Source: Azolla caroliniana
Taxonomy: Eukaryota > Plantae > Polypodiophyta
NCBI GenBank assembly: GCA_043228905.1
Contig: JBHGNT010000001.1
Coordinates: 21,266,001-21,330,000, forward strand
Reading direction: 5' to 3'
Length of the DNA stretch: 64,000 nucleotides
The translations under genes and the position numbers were made by a program. The notes under the pieces are model-generated. The model had not been told where the DNA came from and did not search any database. It worked only from the letters and a program-made list of their open reading frames with translations. This document shows, piece by piece, positions 63,993 through 64,000 of the stretch. Each line of letters begins with the position of its first letter. Within the stretch, counting starts at the first letter, position 1.

Positions 63993-64000
63993 ATGTAGTG

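Overview
Eukaryotic plant DNA; the retrotransposon lineages suggest a seed-free plant such as a fern or lycophyte (inference only). Bases 1-32,400 are a nest of LTR retrotransposons. A degenerate Ty1/copia (E) carries three insertions of one Athila-like non-chromovirus Ty3/gypsy group: A (partial), B (non-autonomous, keeping only the extra ORF) and C (full length). C is itself interrupted by a Tcn1-like chromovirus (D). After the nest come a 15-exon TBC/Rab-GAP gene (+) with intronic LINE relics, a full-length copia (F), a 10-exon NAP1-related (NRP) gene (-), and a copia (G) carrying a solo LTR and a fourth Athila-like fragment (J). Main finding: all four Athila-like copies lack a polypurine tract. 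In its place is a covarying hairpin followed by a copy of a tRNA-Arg-like 3' end (...GTCCCACGGGCGTGCCA), ending exactly 2 nt before the 3' LTR. On the opposite strand this reads as a second primer-binding site, suggesting plus-strand priming by a tRNA or tRNA mimic. Also notable: a large conserved extra ORF that spread without gag-pol, a tRNA-like Pol III cassette at the chromovirus LTR end, and Tf1-type self-priming plus a -1 frameshift signal in D.
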